A stretch of 48,870 nucleotides of DNA from a virus (lineage: Duplodnaviria > Caudoviricetes), in the IMG/VR virus record IMGVR_UViG_3300038674_000465, positions 1-48,870 of that record, one strand, 5' to 3'. How positions within the stretch are numbered: position 1 is the first letter of the stretch; every line of letters begins with the position of its first letter. Position numbers and translations under genes: made by a program. Below are positions 47,088-48,870 of this stretch, in pieces. Below the pieces are notes generated by a model. The model searched no databases and had not been told where the DNA came from. It worked only from the letters and a program-made list of their open reading frames with translations.

Positions 47088-47116
47088 ATAAAAAGAGACA
47101 CCCGAACAGGGTGTCT
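47088..47116 (-). terminator. intrinsic terminator after the lysis cassette
   Basis: Minus strand AGACACCC-TGTTC-GGGTGTCT-CTTTTTAT. Confidence 0.75.
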
Positions 47117-47143
47117 AATAGAACAATAAGCAAGAGGCATATA

Positions 47144-47443
47144 CTACTTCGTATTAAGTTTATCCCAACATTCCTGAAACTTGCAATCATCTGGTCTGTT
47201 CTCCTTTTTGCTACAATAGATCCATCGTTCATAAGCTCTACATTCAGCATCGATGGCTACACAGGCTGATGTATTGGGATTTTTTCTATTTATCCATTGG
47301 CAATATCGTGCTCTATAACATACATTGGATTCACCTTTCATCTGTGTTGGAGCTAGACTACATCCTACAAAAAAACTAATGACTATAAGCCCCATAATAA
47401 TGACCAATAGTCCAGCATCGATGGCTAGTTGTTTAATATTCAT
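47144..47443 (-). CDS. Cys-rich lipoprotein (o-spanin-like position)
   Basis: Hydrophobic signal ending FFVG-C; further Cys; last gene of the lysis cluster. Confidence 0.55.
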   Translation of the reverse strand: MNIKQLAIDAGLLVIIMGLIVISFFVGCSLAPTQMKGESNVCYRARYCQWINRKNPNTSACVAIDAECRAYERWIYCSKKENRPDDCKFQECWDKLNTK

Positions 47444-47670
47444 GGTTTCTTTATCTCCACTTTAGTTGATATAGAAGGAATCCATTCTAGACCAGAAGTC
47501 TTAGAATACTTGATATTACTTGCCACGACATAACCACCTATAAAAATTGAAGCCAGAAGAACAATCTCTGGACCTCTATATTTTATACAATATGCCACAA
47601 GTCCAAGTATACTATTCTGTGCTACTTTAAAGGCTTGTTGTTCTTCATCTGATTTTTTTATTTTAAACAC
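47440..47670 (-). CDS. small membrane protein (holin or i-spanin candidate)
   Basis: TM segment IVLLASIFIGGYVV; follows the peptidase. Confidence 0.5.
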   Translation of the reverse strand: MFKIKKSDEEQQAFKVAQNSILGLVAYCIKYRGPEIVLLASIFIGGYVVASNIKYSKTSGLEWIPSISTKVEIKKP

Positions 47671-48175
47671 TTATATTCCTCCTTGTTTCTTTTATTGAAA
47701 ACAATCTTTTTATTCCTGCTAGCTTTAGCATATCTCTATCATAGAACGTGCGTTCACCTTCATTAGAAAGACCAAAATATCCAAGTTTTCTATCACCAGC
47801 AGGATCATTAAAAAGAAATCCATCATCTTTATATCCAACAACCAGTGCATAATGACCACTACTTTTATTATCCCAACCAGCAAAATGATAGAGGACCACT
47901 TCATCATTATCAAGAGCGGATTTTATAGCATCAAAATCTTTATCAGCTGGAACATAACCCCATTTTGTATTTGCAGTTCCACCATCAGAAATTTTTGTTA
48001 ATTTAAATCCTCTCCCTTTTAAGTATGAAAGTAAATCATCATCCGGTGCGGAAGGTCCAATCAAATTAGCAACCATTTGAGGAGGTTCCATGGTAATCAT
48101 TGCTACTACAGCTGATCCACAATAGTTCTGACCATTATAAATTTCATTTTTCTGATTTACATATTTGATTTTCAT
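47663..48175 (-). CDS. C39-like cysteine peptidase, probable endolysin
   Basis: Q...NYCG, SGHYALVVGY, NDP catalytic pattern. Confidence 0.75.
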   Translation of the reverse strand: MKIKYVNQKNEIYNGQNYCGSAVVAMITMEPPQMVANLIGPSAPDDDLLSYLKGRGFKLTKISDGGTANTKWGYVPADKDFDAIKSALDNDEVVLYHFAGWDNKSSGHYALVVGYKDDGFLFNDPAGDRKLGYFGLSNEGERTFYDRDMLKLAGIKRLFSIKETRRNISV

Positions 48176-48513
48176 TATTTATGACCTCCAGAAGGATGAT
48201 AAATAATGGCAAAATGAGCTTTCTGTAAATCCTCAAATCTACCACTAATATATGAAATTTCTTTCTGTAATTCTGTTATATCCTCTCTTATTTCATCAAT
48301 TCGTTTCCATAGAACTTCAAAATTTTCTTCTATATAGGATTTATATTCAAGTATTCTTTTTTCTTCTGATGCTTTAAGATCTGCTTCCTGTTTTTCCTGT
48401 TTTTTGAATGCTAGCCTTAACTTAGTAGCCAGAATAGTGCCAAGAAAAGCCATGACAGAACCAAACACACCCAAATATGTACTTGATGACGCTCCAAATA
48501 TCCCTTCTGCCAT
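48175..48513 (-). CDS. holin-like membrane protein with coiled coil
   Basis: N-terminal TM then heptad-like region; coupled to the peptidase. Confidence 0.5.
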   Translation of the reverse strand: MAEGIFGASSSTYLGVFGSVMAFLGTILATKLRLAFKKQEKQEADLKASEEKRILEYKSYIEENFEVLWKRIDEIREDITELQKEISYISGRFEDLQKAHFAIIYHPSGGHK

Positions 48514-48552
48514 CTTAATCCACCCCTAACATGTAACATATTAATCTCCTTG

Positions 48553-48870
48553 TTACCATGACCATGTTATAACTTCGATTTCTGACGCTTTTGTGCAGGC
48601 ATCTATCTGTTTTGTGAGTGTATTTTTAAGCCCCCACATTGCAAGCATCCCCGCAATGAGTTCAGCAAGTACAGCCTTCATCTGTGTTAAAGTACAAGGG
48701 ATTTCCGTATTGTCGTAGCATTTATAAAAATATTCTGTTATGCCATTTGCTTCAAGATAGTAAATAAGAGATTGAATGTTTTGCACATCAGATTCCCTGC
48801 AGTCTATCTTTACCCCAAGCGTGGATGACATTATTCCCTTATATCCGGTTACTCGTTCATTTTGATATGC
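48553..48870 (-). CDS. DUF4376-like tail-fibre-associated protein (5' truncated by window end)
   Basis: Frame open to the window end (AYQNERVTGYKGIMSSTLG...); IDCRESDVQNI...YDN....T..QM...I.W pattern. Confidence 0.7.
   Translation of the reverse strand, partial: AYQNERVTGYKGIMSSTLGVKIDCRESDVQNIQSLIYYLEANGITEYFYKCYDNTEIPCTLTQMKAVLAELIAGMLAMWGLKNTLTKQIDACTKASEIEVITWSW

Noticed and set aside
6854-47913. Plus-strand and nested ORFs in the track (e.g. 6854-7162, 10055-10480, 15958-16776, 36042-36365, 46032-46361)
   Set aside because: They are antisense or alternate-frame shadows of well-supported minus-strand genes and show no recognisable motifs
1-48870. Alternative genetic code or stop-codon recoding
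   Set aside because: Core genes translate full-length in code 11, and all three stop codons end genes
1-48870. Direct circular join of the window ends
   Set aside because: Joining the ends does not keep the fibre frame open (stop within a few codons) and leaves the DUF4376-like gene without a start, so some sequence is missing
1-48870. Prophage/temperate module, retron or DGR
   Set aside because: No integrase, repressor, partition genes or reverse transcriptase recognised in the window

Overview
The window is an AT-rich, almost entirely minus-strand bacteriophage genome segment. It is probably a nearly complete myovirus genome, opened in the tail-fibre region. In transcription order (right to left) it holds: a DUF4376-like gene and lysis cassette; a short early region with a sigma70 promoter and a sigma-like factor; a replication and nucleotide-metabolism block (PurZ-like synthetase, SSB, RecA, primase-helicase, dUTPase-fold protein, DnaE-type polymerase, Cas4-like nuclease, HNH, RusA-like, DUF1599, DUF4406-like, DEDDy exonuclease); terminase, portal and a MuF protein with a toxin-like extension; an accessory block (HAD hydrolase, ThyX, lipase, tRNA-like RNAs); and capsid, neck, sheath, tube, chaperone, tape measure, baseplate and tail fibre. 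No integrase or repressor is visible. The most notable signal is a PurZ-type adenylosuccinate-synthetase paralogue (GSESKG instead of GDEGKG). It points to 2-aminoadenine (Z) DNA, but in an unusual setting: a family C polymerase, no recognisable DatZ, and alternative candidate nucleotide-pool enzymes. All family assignments come from motif recognition by eye; no database search was run.
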